64,000 bases of DNA from Acidobacteriota bacterium (GTDB lineage Bacteria; Acidobacteriota; Thermoanaerobaculia; Multivoradales; J023): positions 80,997 to 144,996 of the forward strand of contig JBCCVZ010000009.1 of assembly GCA_039194425.1 (NCBI GenBank). Reading direction: 5' to 3'. The notes beneath the pieces were generated by a model. The model worked only from the letters and a program-made list of their open reading frames with translations. It did no database searches and was not told the origin of the DNA. Below are positions 47,536 to 56,610 of the stretch, piece by piece (positions within the stretch are counted from its first letter, which is position 1; every line of letters starts with the position of its first letter). Both the position numbers and the translations under genes were made by a program.

Positions 47536-49527
47536 ATGACCACTGAAAAGCTCGGCCGGTACGAGATCATCGAGGAGCTCGGCAAGGGCGCGATGGGCCT
47601 GGTCTACTTGGCTCGGGACCCGCTCATCGGACGCCAGCTCGCGCTCAAGACCTTTCGCCTCGGCTACTCGGCCAAGGACGAAGAGCTGGAGCAATTCCGC
47701 GCGCGTTTTTTGCGCGAAGCCCAGAGCGCCGGAATTCTGAGCCATCCGAACATCGTCACCATTCACGATGTCGTGGTCGACGACGGCGGTGATTTCTTCA
47801 TCGCCATGGAGTACGTGAAGGGCACCGACCTGAAGCAGCTGATGCAGCGTCAGACCGGGCGCCTCGAGCTGCGTTTCGTGGTCGACATCGTGGCGCAGAT
47901 CGCCGACGGCCTCCACTACGCCCATTCGAAGGGCGTGGTGCACCGCGACATCAAGCCGGCGAACATCATCATCACGGCCGAGAAGAAGGCCAAGATCACC
48001 GACTTCGGCATCGCCCGGGTCGACGCCTCGAATCTCACCGTCGAAGGGCAGCTCCTCGGCACGCCGAACTACATGGCGCCGGAGCAGATCCAGGGCAAAG
48101 AGGTCGACCATCGCGCCGATCTCTTCGCGCTCGGCGTGATGCTCTACGAGATGGTGACGACGAAGAAGCCGTTCGCCGGCGAGAATCTCACCGTCGTCAC
48201 GCACCGCATCGTCTACGACTCGTTCACCCCGCCCGACGAGATCCTGCCCGGCCTGCCGCCGCGGTTGATGGAGATCCTCGACCGCGCGCTACGCAAGGCG
48301 CCCGACGAGCGCTACCAGAGCGGTGCCGATCTCGCCGCCGATCTCCGCGCGCTCTTCGAGCCGGTCGAGCGGCCGGCCGACCGCACAACGGCGTCGTTCC
48401 TCACCGACGTCGAGGACACACCCGCACCCGCCGTACCGCCGGTGCCGGGCGCCGGCGGTTCGACCGCGACGGCCGCACCGCCAAGCGCCGGTCCGCCTCC
48501 GGCTGCCGGCGCACCGAGGGCTGCCTCCAGCGGCCCAACACCCACGCTCAAGCCCCAGACACCGCCCTTCGCGTCGGCACCCGCCGCCGTCCCGCCGCGC
48601 TACGTGCCTCCCGTCGACCAGGGCTCGAGCCCAGCGCGCCGCGGTCTGCTGCTGGCCAGCCTCGGCGTGCTCCTCCTGGTCGTCGTCGGCACGGTCGGCT
48701 TTTTCTCGCTGCGCTCTTCCGGCGGCTCCGACGTCGTCCACTTCGATCCCGAGGAGGAGCTGCGCAAGCAAGTCGAGCCGCTGCTCGAGGAAGGGCGTGC
48801 GGCGATCGCGGCCGGGGAGCCGGTGCGCGCGATCGAGGTCTTTGACCAGGCGCTGGTGGTGAAGCCCGGCGACCCGACGATCCGCGAGCTGCGGGATCGC
48901 GCCGAAAAGATGCTGCTCGACGGCGACCTGACGCGCGAGGAGCAGATTCTGCGCGATCGCCTCGACCGCGCCGAGGAGTCGCTCACCGCGCGCGAGTTCC
49001 AGGAGGCGATCGACACCGCCACCTCGGTGCTCGAGCTGGCGCCCGAGAACGAACGTGCGGCCGACCTGCTGGCGCGCGCCGAAGACGGCAAGCGCCGCCG
49101 CGACGAAGCGCGCCGCGCGGTGAAGGATCGCTTCAATCGTGGTGCGGGGGTGGCGGCCGGCGGCGACACCGCGGCGGCCACGGACGACGTGCCGGCGGCC
49201 GAGCAGACGGCGACTCTGGCGATCGACTTCTACTCCGAGACGTCCGAGGGCATCTTCACCGTGTACGTGGGCACCAAGCAGTTCTTCAAAGAGAACTTCA
49301 AGTTCACCGCCGAGCGCTCCGGCTTCTTGCGCCGGCCGAAGAAAATCCCCGGTGGCCTGAGCCACAGCGGCGAAGTGCAGGCCGGCACCCACTCCCTGCG
49401 GGTCTACGTGTACAGCAACGGCGCCACCGAGGCGCGCGAGCTCGAGGGCAACTTCCCGCCCGAACAGCTACGCACCCTCAAGGTGCGGGTCGACGAGGCC
49501 GGCATCTTCTCGGCGCAGCTGGAATAG
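47536..49527 (+). CDS. Hanks-type Ser/Thr protein kinase with TM helix and extracytoplasmic C-terminal region
   Basis: GKGAMGLVY, LALKTF, HRDIKPANII, DFGIA, APEQ. P/A-rich linker, TM helix LLLASLGVLLLVVVGTVGFF, helical/TPR-like region, and a terminal beta-rich ~100 aa. Confidence 0.9.
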   Translation: MTTEKLGRYEIIEELGKGAMGLVYLARDPLIGRQLALKTFRLGYSAKDEELEQFRARFLREAQSAGILSHPNIVTIHDVVVDDGGDFFIAMEYVKGTDLKQLMQRQTGRLELRFVVDIVAQIADGLHYAHSKGVVHRDIKPANIIITAEKKAKITDFGIARVDASNLTVEGQLLGTPNYMAPEQIQGKEVDHRADLFALGVMLYEMVTTKKPFAGENLTVVTHRIVYDSFTPPDEILPGLPPRLMEILDRALRKAPDERYQSGADLAADLRALFEPVERPADRTTASFLTDVEDTPAPAVPPVPGAGGSTATAAPPSAGPPPAAGAPRAASSGPTPTLKPQTPPFASAPAAVPPRYVPPVDQGSSPARRGLLLASLGVLLLVVVGTVGFFSLRSSGGSDVVHFDPEEELRKQVEPLLEEGRAAIAAGEPVRAIEVFDQALVVKPGDPTIRELRDRAEKMLLDGDLTREEQILRDRLDRAEESLTAREFQEAIDTATSVLELAPENERAADLLARAEDGKRRRDEARRAVKDRFNRGAGVAAGGDTAAATDDVPAAEQTATLAIDFYSETSEGIFTVYVGTKQFFKENFKFTAERSGFLRRPKKIPGGLSHSGEVQAGTHSLRVYVYSNGATEARELEGNFPPEQLRTLKVRVDEAGIFSAQLE

Positions 49528-49592
49528 GACGGCTCAGCGCAGCTGAATCACACGAGCTGGATCACACGGCGCGGCGCCCCTGCAACCGGGCG

Positions 49593-50945
49593 TCAGGCCT
49601 GGTGGACCGTCACCGGGCCGAACTCCTCGAGCTGCGGACGAAGCTCGGCGGCCGGGCCGACGGCAACGATGGCGACCCCGTCGGGTCGCAGGTGCTCTTG
49701 CGCCGCCGCCCGAACCTGCTCTGCGGTGACGTCGGCGAAGAGCGCCGGGTAGGTGTCGTAGAAGTCATCGGGCAGCCCGAACACCACGAGCGTTTCGAGC
49801 CGCGAGCTCAATTCGTCGACCGTCTGCAGAGTGCTCGGGAAGCTCGAGAGCAGAAACTCCTGCGAGTCGCGCATCTCGTCCGCGCCCGGCGGCTCCGCCT
49901 GCAGGCGCTCGAGCTCGCCGAGGATCTCGCGCACCGAGTGGCCGACGCTCGGCGTCGCGATCGCCGCACCGACGGTGAACAGGCTGACGTAGCGACGCAC
50001 CGTGAGCCGGCTGTTGGCACCGTAGGTGTAGCCGTGCTTCTCGCGCAGATTCAGGTTGATCCGGCTCGTGAATTTGCCGCCGAGGAGCGTGTTCATCACC
50101 TTCAGCGCGGCGTAGTCGTCCTGGTCACGGGGCGGCGCATCGTGGCCGACCAGGAGCTGAGTCTGCGCCGCCTGCGGTCGATCGACGAGGTGCACTTCGG
50201 GCTGCTCGAGCCGACGGGCGACGATCGGCTCTTCGCGCCGCTCGACCTCGTGGCTCCAGCCACCGAAGAGACGCTCGACGCTCGCGCGCACCGCGTCGGG
50301 GTCGAGATCGCCAACCGCGACGAGGGTCGAATTTCGCGGCGTCACATAGCGCCGGGAGAAGGCGACGATCTCGTCGCGCGTGATCGCGCGTAGGCTTTCG
50401 GCCGTGCCGATCTGTGGGCTGCCGAACGGTGTGCCGGTGAAGATCGTCGCGGCGAACCGGTCGTCGGCGAGTGCTGCCGGCTGGCTGCGCCGGCGCAGAA
50501 TCCCGGCCAGGGCCTCGGCGCGCAAGCGCTCGAGCTCGTCGCCCGGGAACGACGCCTCGAGCATCACCTCGGCGAGCAGCTCGAGCCCGTCATCGAGCGA
50601 CGACGACAACAGCCCGACATCGGCGTAGGCGAGATGCCAGCCGGCGCCGGAACGCAACGAGCCACCGAATCCTTCGGCGCGCAGGGCGAGGTCGAGCGCG
50701 GAGCTGCGCGCCGTCCCCTCGTCGAGCAGGTCGCCGTGGAGAGAGGCCAGGCCGGGTCGATCGAGCGGGTTCGCCAGGCCGCCGGCATGGCTCAGCACCT
50801 CGAGGTTGGCCAGCGGCACGGTGCTGTCGGCGAGCGTGTAGAGGGTCAGCCCGTTGTCCAGCCGGTCGACTTCGAAGCGCGGGAACATGAAGTCGCGGCG
50901 CGAACCGGGTGGCGGCGGGGCGGTGAGCTCGTAGCGTGGGGTCAT
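49593..50945 (-). CDS. M16 family peptidase, non-catalytic subunit type
   Basis: ATG 50945 overlaps the upstream stop (ATGA). M16 fold segments are present, but there is no HxxEH motif. The first 164 aa of the track ORF were discarded. Confidence 0.75.
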   Translation of the reverse strand: MTPRYELTAPPPPGSRRDFMFPRFEVDRLDNGLTLYTLADSTVPLANLEVLSHAGGLANPLDRPGLASLHGDLLDEGTARSSALDLALRAEGFGGSLRSGAGWHLAYADVGLLSSSLDDGLELLAEVMLEASFPGDELERLRAEALAGILRRRSQPAALADDRFAATIFTGTPFGSPQIGTAESLRAITRDEIVAFSRRYVTPRNSTLVAVGDLDPDAVRASVERLFGGWSHEVERREEPIVARRLEQPEVHLVDRPQAAQTQLLVGHDAPPRDQDDYAALKVMNTLLGGKFTSRINLNLREKHGYTYGANSRLTVRRYVSLFTVGAAIATPSVGHSVREILGELERLQAEPPGADEMRDSQEFLLSSFPSTLQTVDELSSRLETLVVFGLPDDFYDTYPALFADVTAEQVRAAAQEHLRPDGVAIVAVGPAAELRPQLEEFGPVTVHQA

Positions 50946-52231
50946 GCGTCGGCTCGCGCGGTCGTCGCTTCCGGAACCACGCGCAGCGTCGCCCGGCGTT
51001 CGGGAGCCAGCCTCTCGGCGGCGAAACGCCGGAGGTCCTCCGGCCCGATGTTCCGCCAGCGCTCGGACTCGCGCCACACCAGGGTCGGATCGCCGCGGAA
51101 GGTGGCGAACATCGAGAGGCGGTCGGCGCGGTCGCTCAGCGTCTGGAGGCGGCTGAAGTGCTGCGCCAAGGTGATGCGGCGCGTGCGTTCGAGCGCCTCT
51201 TCGTCCGGTGGCCGGTCGCCGGCGTCGCGCAAGTGGCCGTCGATCGCCGCCTCGAGCTCGTCGAGGTCGACATCGGGCATGGCGGTGGCGATCAGCAACG
51301 TGGTGGAGGCCGCCTCGGTCGGCATGACGAAGGCCGAAACGTCCTGCGCCAGGCGGCGGCGGACGACCAGATCCTGGTACATCGGGCTCGCCTTGCCCCA
51401 GGCGAGCAGTGAGGTGAGCAGGTCGGCGGCGTACCACTCGTCGGTAGCGAACGGCCGGCAGTGTGCACCCATGTAGAGGCGCGGAAGGTGCACGTGGTCG
51501 GTCTGCACGTCGTGACGCGCCTGCTCGAGGACCGGCATTTCGATCTCGGGCTGGACGACGTCGTCACCGCGCGGAATCCAGCCGAAGAACTTCTCGATCC
51601 GGCGCAGCGCGTCGTCGGGCTCGAAGTCGCCGGCGAGCGTGAGCACGGCGTTGTTCGGCACGTAGTAGGTGCGGAAGAAGTGGCGCACCATGTCGAGATC
51701 GGCGCCTTCGATGTCGGCCACCGAGCCGATCACCGGCCAGCGGTAGGAGTGCCCTTCCGGAAAGAGCATCTCGTTCAGCCGCTCGAGCGCGCGCCCATAG
51801 GGCTGGTTGTCCATCCGCTGGCGGCGCTCGTTGATCACCACCTCGCGCTGCGTGTCGAGCTTCTGCTGCGTAACCGCGTCGAGGAAGGTGCCCATGCGGT
51901 CCGACTCGAGCCACAAGCCGCGCTCGAGATGGTGCGACGGCAGGGTCTCGTAGTAATTCGTGCGGTCGTACCAGGTCGAGCCGTTGGCCGTACCGCCGAC
52001 CTGCTGGATGTAGCGAAAATGACCGTTGGTATCGACGTTCTTGCTGCCCTGGAAGAGCAAGTGCTCGAAGAGATGGGAGAAGCCGGTCCAGCCCGGGCGC
52101 TCGTTTTTCGAGCCGACGTGGTACCAGAGATTGAGTGCAACCAGCGGCAGCCGGCGGTCGCTGTGGAGCTGGACACGCAGGCCGTTGTCGAGCCGGTGCT
52201 CTTCGAGATGATCGCAGTGGAAATCGCTCAT
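50942..52231 (-). CDS. M16 family zinc peptidase (insulinase-like), catalytic subunit
   Basis: The HxxEH zinc motif is present in GFSHLFEHLLFQGS. NGSTWYDRTNYY. 429 aa. Confidence 0.85.
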   Translation of the reverse strand: MSDFHCDHLEEHRLDNGLRVQLHSDRRLPLVALNLWYHVGSKNERPGWTGFSHLFEHLLFQGSKNVDTNGHFRYIQQVGGTANGSTWYDRTNYYETLPSHHLERGLWLESDRMGTFLDAVTQQKLDTQREVVINERRQRMDNQPYGRALERLNEMLFPEGHSYRWPVIGSVADIEGADLDMVRHFFRTYYVPNNAVLTLAGDFEPDDALRRIEKFFGWIPRGDDVVQPEIEMPVLEQARHDVQTDHVHLPRLYMGAHCRPFATDEWYAADLLTSLLAWGKASPMYQDLVVRRRLAQDVSAFVMPTEAASTTLLIATAMPDVDLDELEAAIDGHLRDAGDRPPDEEALERTRRITLAQHFSRLQTLSDRADRLSMFATFRGDPTLVWRESERWRNIGPEDLRRFAAERLAPERRATLRVVPEATTARADA

Positions 52232-52365
52232 GATCGGCGCCGAGGCGGTAGACGAGCATAGGGAGGGGCCACGGGAGTGTCAACCACACCGAGCTGTGAC
52301 GAGACGTCCACTCGAGCCTCGACGGCGGACGATCCGCGACCGTCGAGCGGAGATAGACTGACGCC

Positions 52366-55053
52366 ATGAGTCGCCGCTCGGCCCCTCGCCCCTCCGACAG
52401 CATTCCTCGAAGGATCGTTTCTCGATGCGTCCGTCTGCTCCTCATCGGCATCGTGCTCCTCGCCTGCACCGACGAGCCGAGAGGGACTGCGCAATCCGCG
52501 GGCGCGGCCTCGGGCGGCGCCCGGCCGGCCGAAGCGGCGACCACCGCGACCTCGACAGCCGGCGCAAACGCCGGCGCAGAAACCGGTGACCCCGCCGCGC
52601 TCGGCGACGGCTTCGTGGTGTGGGAGTCGAATCGCTCGGGGGCGTGGCGACTGTGGGCCCGCGCGCTCGCCGGCGTCACGCCGCAGCAGCTGACCGCCGA
52701 CGAGGCCGGGCGAGCGCACTGCTGCGCGCACGTTGCGCCCGACGGCCGGCACCTGGTCTACCTCTCGCTGCCGCAAGGGCAGGAGCGCTACCCGCGCGAT
52801 GGCGCGCAGGGCATTCTGCGCCTCGTCACGCTCGAGCGCGATGCCGACGGTGCCGACCGGCCGCGCGCGGCCTCGGTGCGCGACCTCGGACCGGCGCGCA
52901 CCTATTTCGAGCATCGAGCCGCCGTCTGGCGCGACTCGCGGCGGATCATCGTCATCGACGGCGACGGACGCACGCGCGAGCTCGACATCAACGTTCAGAG
53001 TGCCGACGCCCAAAGTGCCGACGCCCAGAGTGCCGGGCGGATCCTGGTCGAGCAGCCGTCACCGCGCCACGGCTGGCTGCTCGATCCGACGCTGCGCTTT
53101 GCGACCCAAGGCAGTCCGACCTTCTCGCTCTACGACCCAGAGCGTCGCGCCGTCGTCGAGCGCCCGTCGCTCGGCGGCTGCCAGCCCTACTTCACGACCG
53201 ATGGCCGTCTCGGGCTGTGGATCGCCGGTGCCGGTGGGCCGCTGCGCGCCTTCGATCTCGAGAACCGCACCGAGACGACGATCCTCGCCAAGAGCGACCC
53301 CCGGCTGCCACCGCCCTACGGCTACCTCTACTTTCCGATGCCGTCGCACGACGCGAGGCTGCTCGCCTTCGGCGCCTCGGACGGCAGCCACGATCACCAG
53401 CAGGCCGACTACGAGGTCTTCGTCGCCGAAACCGATCCGCGCACGCTCGAGCTCGTCGGCCCGGTGGTGCGCATCACCGAGCATCCGTCGACCGATCGCT
53501 TCCCCGATGTGTGGGCCGAGCCGCTGACGCTCGGCCGGATCGTCGCCGAGGCACCGCTCACTCGGAGCTTCGAGGTTCCCGAGAGCCTGCGCGCGGCGGG
53601 GCCCTGGCACTGGCAGATCGACGCGAGCGACGCCGGAACCGGCGACACGCTCGAGCACCGCTTCACCGACCCCGGGCGCTACGAGATCAGCGCGCGCAGC
53701 GACGACCCTGGGGCCCCGGTCCTGCGCGGCAGCGTGCGGCTGCGCCCGGCGCGCTCACCGAAGCTGCGGGAGGCCGACGTGCGCCGCGACGGCCGCGAAA
53801 TTCACCTGCGCTTCGACGAGCCGGTGCGCGTCTACGAGGCGTCGGCGCGGCTCGAGAGCGGGCGCGAGCTGACCGCCGTCGGTCTCGACGCGGATCGTGG
53901 GCTGACCTGGATTCTGAGAGTCGACGGGGCGCCGATGAGCGGTCCCGACGCGGTGCTGGTCGCCGGAGTCACCGACCGCGCCGAGGAGCCCAATCGCCTC
54001 GCGGAGACTCGCGTCGTCCTCGAGCCGCCGCGCTGGCCAAGCGCCCGCGACGGCCTGGCACTGCTCTGGCACACGGGCGACCGCACCAACACCATCACCG
54101 GGCCGGACGGCGTCGGACAGGCCAGCCTGTTCGAGCGCCGCGGCGCCGCCTGGTTCGACCGGGACTACCGCATGGTCCTGCGCGGCGGCTCCTACCTGGC
54201 CGGAATGGACACGATGCAGCGCCTGCTGGGCGGCGCACGGGCACGCAACGAGATGACGCTCGAAGTCACCGTGACCGCCGAGCAGGCGCGCACCGACGGC
54301 CGCGCGACGATCTTCACCTTCTCGTCGGGGCTGTCGCGTCGTAACTTCACTCTGGCGCAGGAGGGCACGCGCTACACCTGGCGGCTGAACACGCCGACGA
54401 CCGGCGACAACGGCGATCGGCCCGTCGTCGATCTCGGCGCGGTGCGCGCCGGCACGCCGCAGCACCTCGTCGTCGCCTACCGGCCTGGGCATCTCGACGC
54501 CTGGATCGACGGTGAGCAAACCGTGGCGTCGGCAGATCTGCAGTCGGGCTTCTTCCACTGGCGCGAGCTGCCGCTCCTGGTCGGCGCCGAGTGGCCCGAC
54601 CAGCTGTCGTGGCGCGGCCGGGTCGAGGCGCTGGCGGTCTACGCCCGCGCCCTCGGCGGCGACGAGGTGGCGGAGAACGGTCGCCGGCTGGCCGCCGAGC
54701 GCGTGCGGCGCAAAGCACCGGAGATGCTGGTCGTCCGGGCGCGGCTGACGGCGCGCTCGGCGCCGCCGCGGCTCGAGGAGATCGCACCGTATCGAGATGC
54801 TCTCGGCGTCTTCGACTACGAAGTCGTCGAGGTGCTCGGCGGGCGCTGGCAGCGCCCGCGCCTGCGCGTCGCACACCGCCTGCTGGTCGACGGCGAGACG
54901 ACACCCATCCACACCCTCGAGCCGGGTACCGTGCTCACCCTCACCCTCGAGCCGCACAGCGCGCAGCCACAGCTCGAAGCGCTGGTGGTCGCCGACGATC
55001 TCGCGACCGACCCCGGCGTCCCGCTGTGGTTCAGCGACCGGATCCGGCCGTGA
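52366..55053 (+). CDS. large lipoprotein: TolB-like beta-propeller + PKD-like + LamG (concanavalin-like) domains
   Basis: Lipobox IVLLAC. PD40-like FVVWESNRSGAWRLW / APDGRHLVY. PKD-like HRFTDPGRYEISARS. LamG-like MTLEVTV...TIFTFSS...HLVVAYRPGHLDAWIDGEQ...WRGRVEALAVYARAL. Confidence 0.7.
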   Translation: MSRRSAPRPSDSIPRRIVSRCVRLLLIGIVLLACTDEPRGTAQSAGAASGGARPAEAATTATSTAGANAGAETGDPAALGDGFVVWESNRSGAWRLWARALAGVTPQQLTADEAGRAHCCAHVAPDGRHLVYLSLPQGQERYPRDGAQGILRLVTLERDADGADRPRAASVRDLGPARTYFEHRAAVWRDSRRIIVIDGDGRTRELDINVQSADAQSADAQSAGRILVEQPSPRHGWLLDPTLRFATQGSPTFSLYDPERRAVVERPSLGGCQPYFTTDGRLGLWIAGAGGPLRAFDLENRTETTILAKSDPRLPPPYGYLYFPMPSHDARLLAFGASDGSHDHQQADYEVFVAETDPRTLELVGPVVRITEHPSTDRFPDVWAEPLTLGRIVAEAPLTRSFEVPESLRAAGPWHWQIDASDAGTGDTLEHRFTDPGRYEISARSDDPGAPVLRGSVRLRPARSPKLREADVRRDGREIHLRFDEPVRVYEASARLESGRELTAVGLDADRGLTWILRVDGAPMSGPDAVLVAGVTDRAEEPNRLAETRVVLEPPRWPSARDGLALLWHTGDRTNTITGPDGVGQASLFERRGAAWFDRDYRMVLRGGSYLAGMDTMQRLLGGARARNEMTLEVTVTAEQARTDGRATIFTFSSGLSRRNFTLAQEGTRYTWRLNTPTTGDNGDRPVVDLGAVRAGTPQHLVVAYRPGHLDAWIDGEQTVASADLQSGFFHWRELPLLVGAEWPDQLSWRGRVEALAVYARALGGDEVAENGRRLAAERVRRKAPEMLVVRARLTARSAPPRLEEIAPYRDALGVFDYEVVEVLGGRWQRPRLRVAHRLLVDGETTPIHTLEPGTVLTLTLEPHSAQPQLEALVVADDLATDPGVPLWFSDRIRP
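52996..53040. repeat. 15-bp x3 in-frame tandem repeat in the lipoprotein gene
   Basis: cagagtgccgacgcc / caaagtgccgacgcc / cagagtgccgggcgg. Encodes QSADA QSADA QSAGR. Confidence 0.9.
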
Positions 55054-55094
55054 TCCGGCCCTGACGCCGAGCGCCGAGCACGCCCCACGCCGCG

Positions 55095-56582
55095 ATGGTC
55101 TTCTCTTCGCACCTCTTTCTCTTCGTCTTCCTGCCGCTGGCGCTGGCGGTCTACTGGACGCTGCCGCGGCGGGCGAAGAACCTCGGCCTGGTGCTGCTCA
55201 GCTACATCTTCTACGGCTGGGAGAATCCCGCGTTCGTGGTGCTGATGGCGGCGTCGACCGTCGTCGACTACGGCTGCGGCCTGGTGCTCGCCGGCGCTCG
55301 GCCCGGGCTCCGCAGCCGCGGCGAGGCACCGGCGCTGCTGGACGAGGGTGGCACGCGCAGCCGCCGCCAGCGCATCGCGCTCTGCGTCTCGATCGCGAGC
55401 AACCTCTCGCTACTCGGCTTCTTCAAGTACTTCGACTTCGGCGTCGACAGCTGGAATCGCCTCGCCGTGGCCCTGGGTGCCGACGCCGCCACCAGCGACG
55501 CGGTGCTGCGCATCGTGCTGCCGCTCGGCATCAGCTTCTACACCTTCCAGTCGATGAGCTACACCATCGACGTCTATCGCGGGCGCTGCCGCGCGCTGCG
55601 GGATCCGATCGACTTCGCCTGCTTCGTGGCGATGTTCCCACAGCTGGTCGCGGGACCGATCGTGCGCTTCCGCGAGATCGCCGACCAGCTGGAGGAGCGC
55701 CGCCACAGCCTGGCGAAGGCGGCGCGCGGCGTGTCGTTCTTCGCGCTCGGCCTGGCCAAGAAGGTGCTGCTGGCGAACCCCTGCGGCAAGGTCGCCGACC
55801 TCGCCTTCGACGCCGCCACGCGCACGCCGCTCGACGCCTGGCTCGGCGCGCTGGCATACGCGTTCCAGATCTACTTCGACTTCAGCGGCTATTCCGACAT
55901 GGCGATCGGCCTCGGCCTGCTGCTCGGCTTCACGCTGCCGAAGAACTTCGACTCGCCGTATCGCGCGCGCTCGGTGACCGACTTCTGGCGCCGCTGGCAC
56001 ATGTCGCTCTCGCGCTGGCTGCGCGACTATCTCTACATCCCGCTCGGCGGCAACCGCAAGGGTCCGCGCCGCACCTATGTGAACCTGATGCTGGTGATGC
56101 TGCTCGGCGGCCTGTGGCACGGCGCCGCCTGGACGTTCGTCGTCTGGGGTGGGATGCACGGCGTGGCGCTGGCCGTAGAACGCGCCTTCGGCATCGATCG
56201 CGGCGCACGGAGCGGCGAGCGATCCGGACCGCGGCATGCTCTCGGTGTCGCCACCACCTTCGTCTTCGTGCTCTTCACCTGGGTCGTCTTTCGTGCGCCA
56301 ACGCTCGGCGACGCCATCCTGTACTGGCGCGACATGCTCGGCCTCGGTCTGCTCGGCACCTCGTCGGACACCTCAGCACTGGTCGCCGGCGCGCTGCGTC
56401 AGACGTTCCACCTCGGCGCGCTCCTGCTCGCCGCGCTGATCGTCTGGACAGCGCCTCAGACCGACGCCTGGACGCGCCGGCTGACGGCGCCACGCGCCGC
56501 GCTCACGCTGCTGCTCTTCGCCGCCGCCGTCCTGCTGATGGAGACGCAGGGCTACAACCCGTTCATCTACTTCATCTTCTGA
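55095..56582 (+). CDS. MBOAT family O-acyltransferase (AlgI/PatA/DltB-like)
   Basis: About 10 TM helices. FQIYFDFSGYSDMAIGL and FWRRWHMSLSRWLRDYLYIPLGGN (catalytic His region). Confidence 0.9.
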   Translation: MVFSSHLFLFVFLPLALAVYWTLPRRAKNLGLVLLSYIFYGWENPAFVVLMAASTVVDYGCGLVLAGARPGLRSRGEAPALLDEGGTRSRRQRIALCVSIASNLSLLGFFKYFDFGVDSWNRLAVALGADAATSDAVLRIVLPLGISFYTFQSMSYTIDVYRGRCRALRDPIDFACFVAMFPQLVAGPIVRFREIADQLEERRHSLAKAARGVSFFALGLAKKVLLANPCGKVADLAFDAATRTPLDAWLGALAYAFQIYFDFSGYSDMAIGLGLLLGFTLPKNFDSPYRARSVTDFWRRWHMSLSRWLRDYLYIPLGGNRKGPRRTYVNLMLVMLLGGLWHGAAWTFVVWGGMHGVALAVERAFGIDRGARSGERSGPRHALGVATTFVFVLFTWVVFRAPTLGDAILYWRDMLGLGLLGTSSDTSALVAGALRQTFHLGALLLAALIVWTAPQTDAWTRRLTAPRAALTLLLFAAAVLLMETQGYNPFIYFIF

Positions 56583-56610
56583 CTCACGGCCCGAGACCAC
56601 CTCTGAGACC

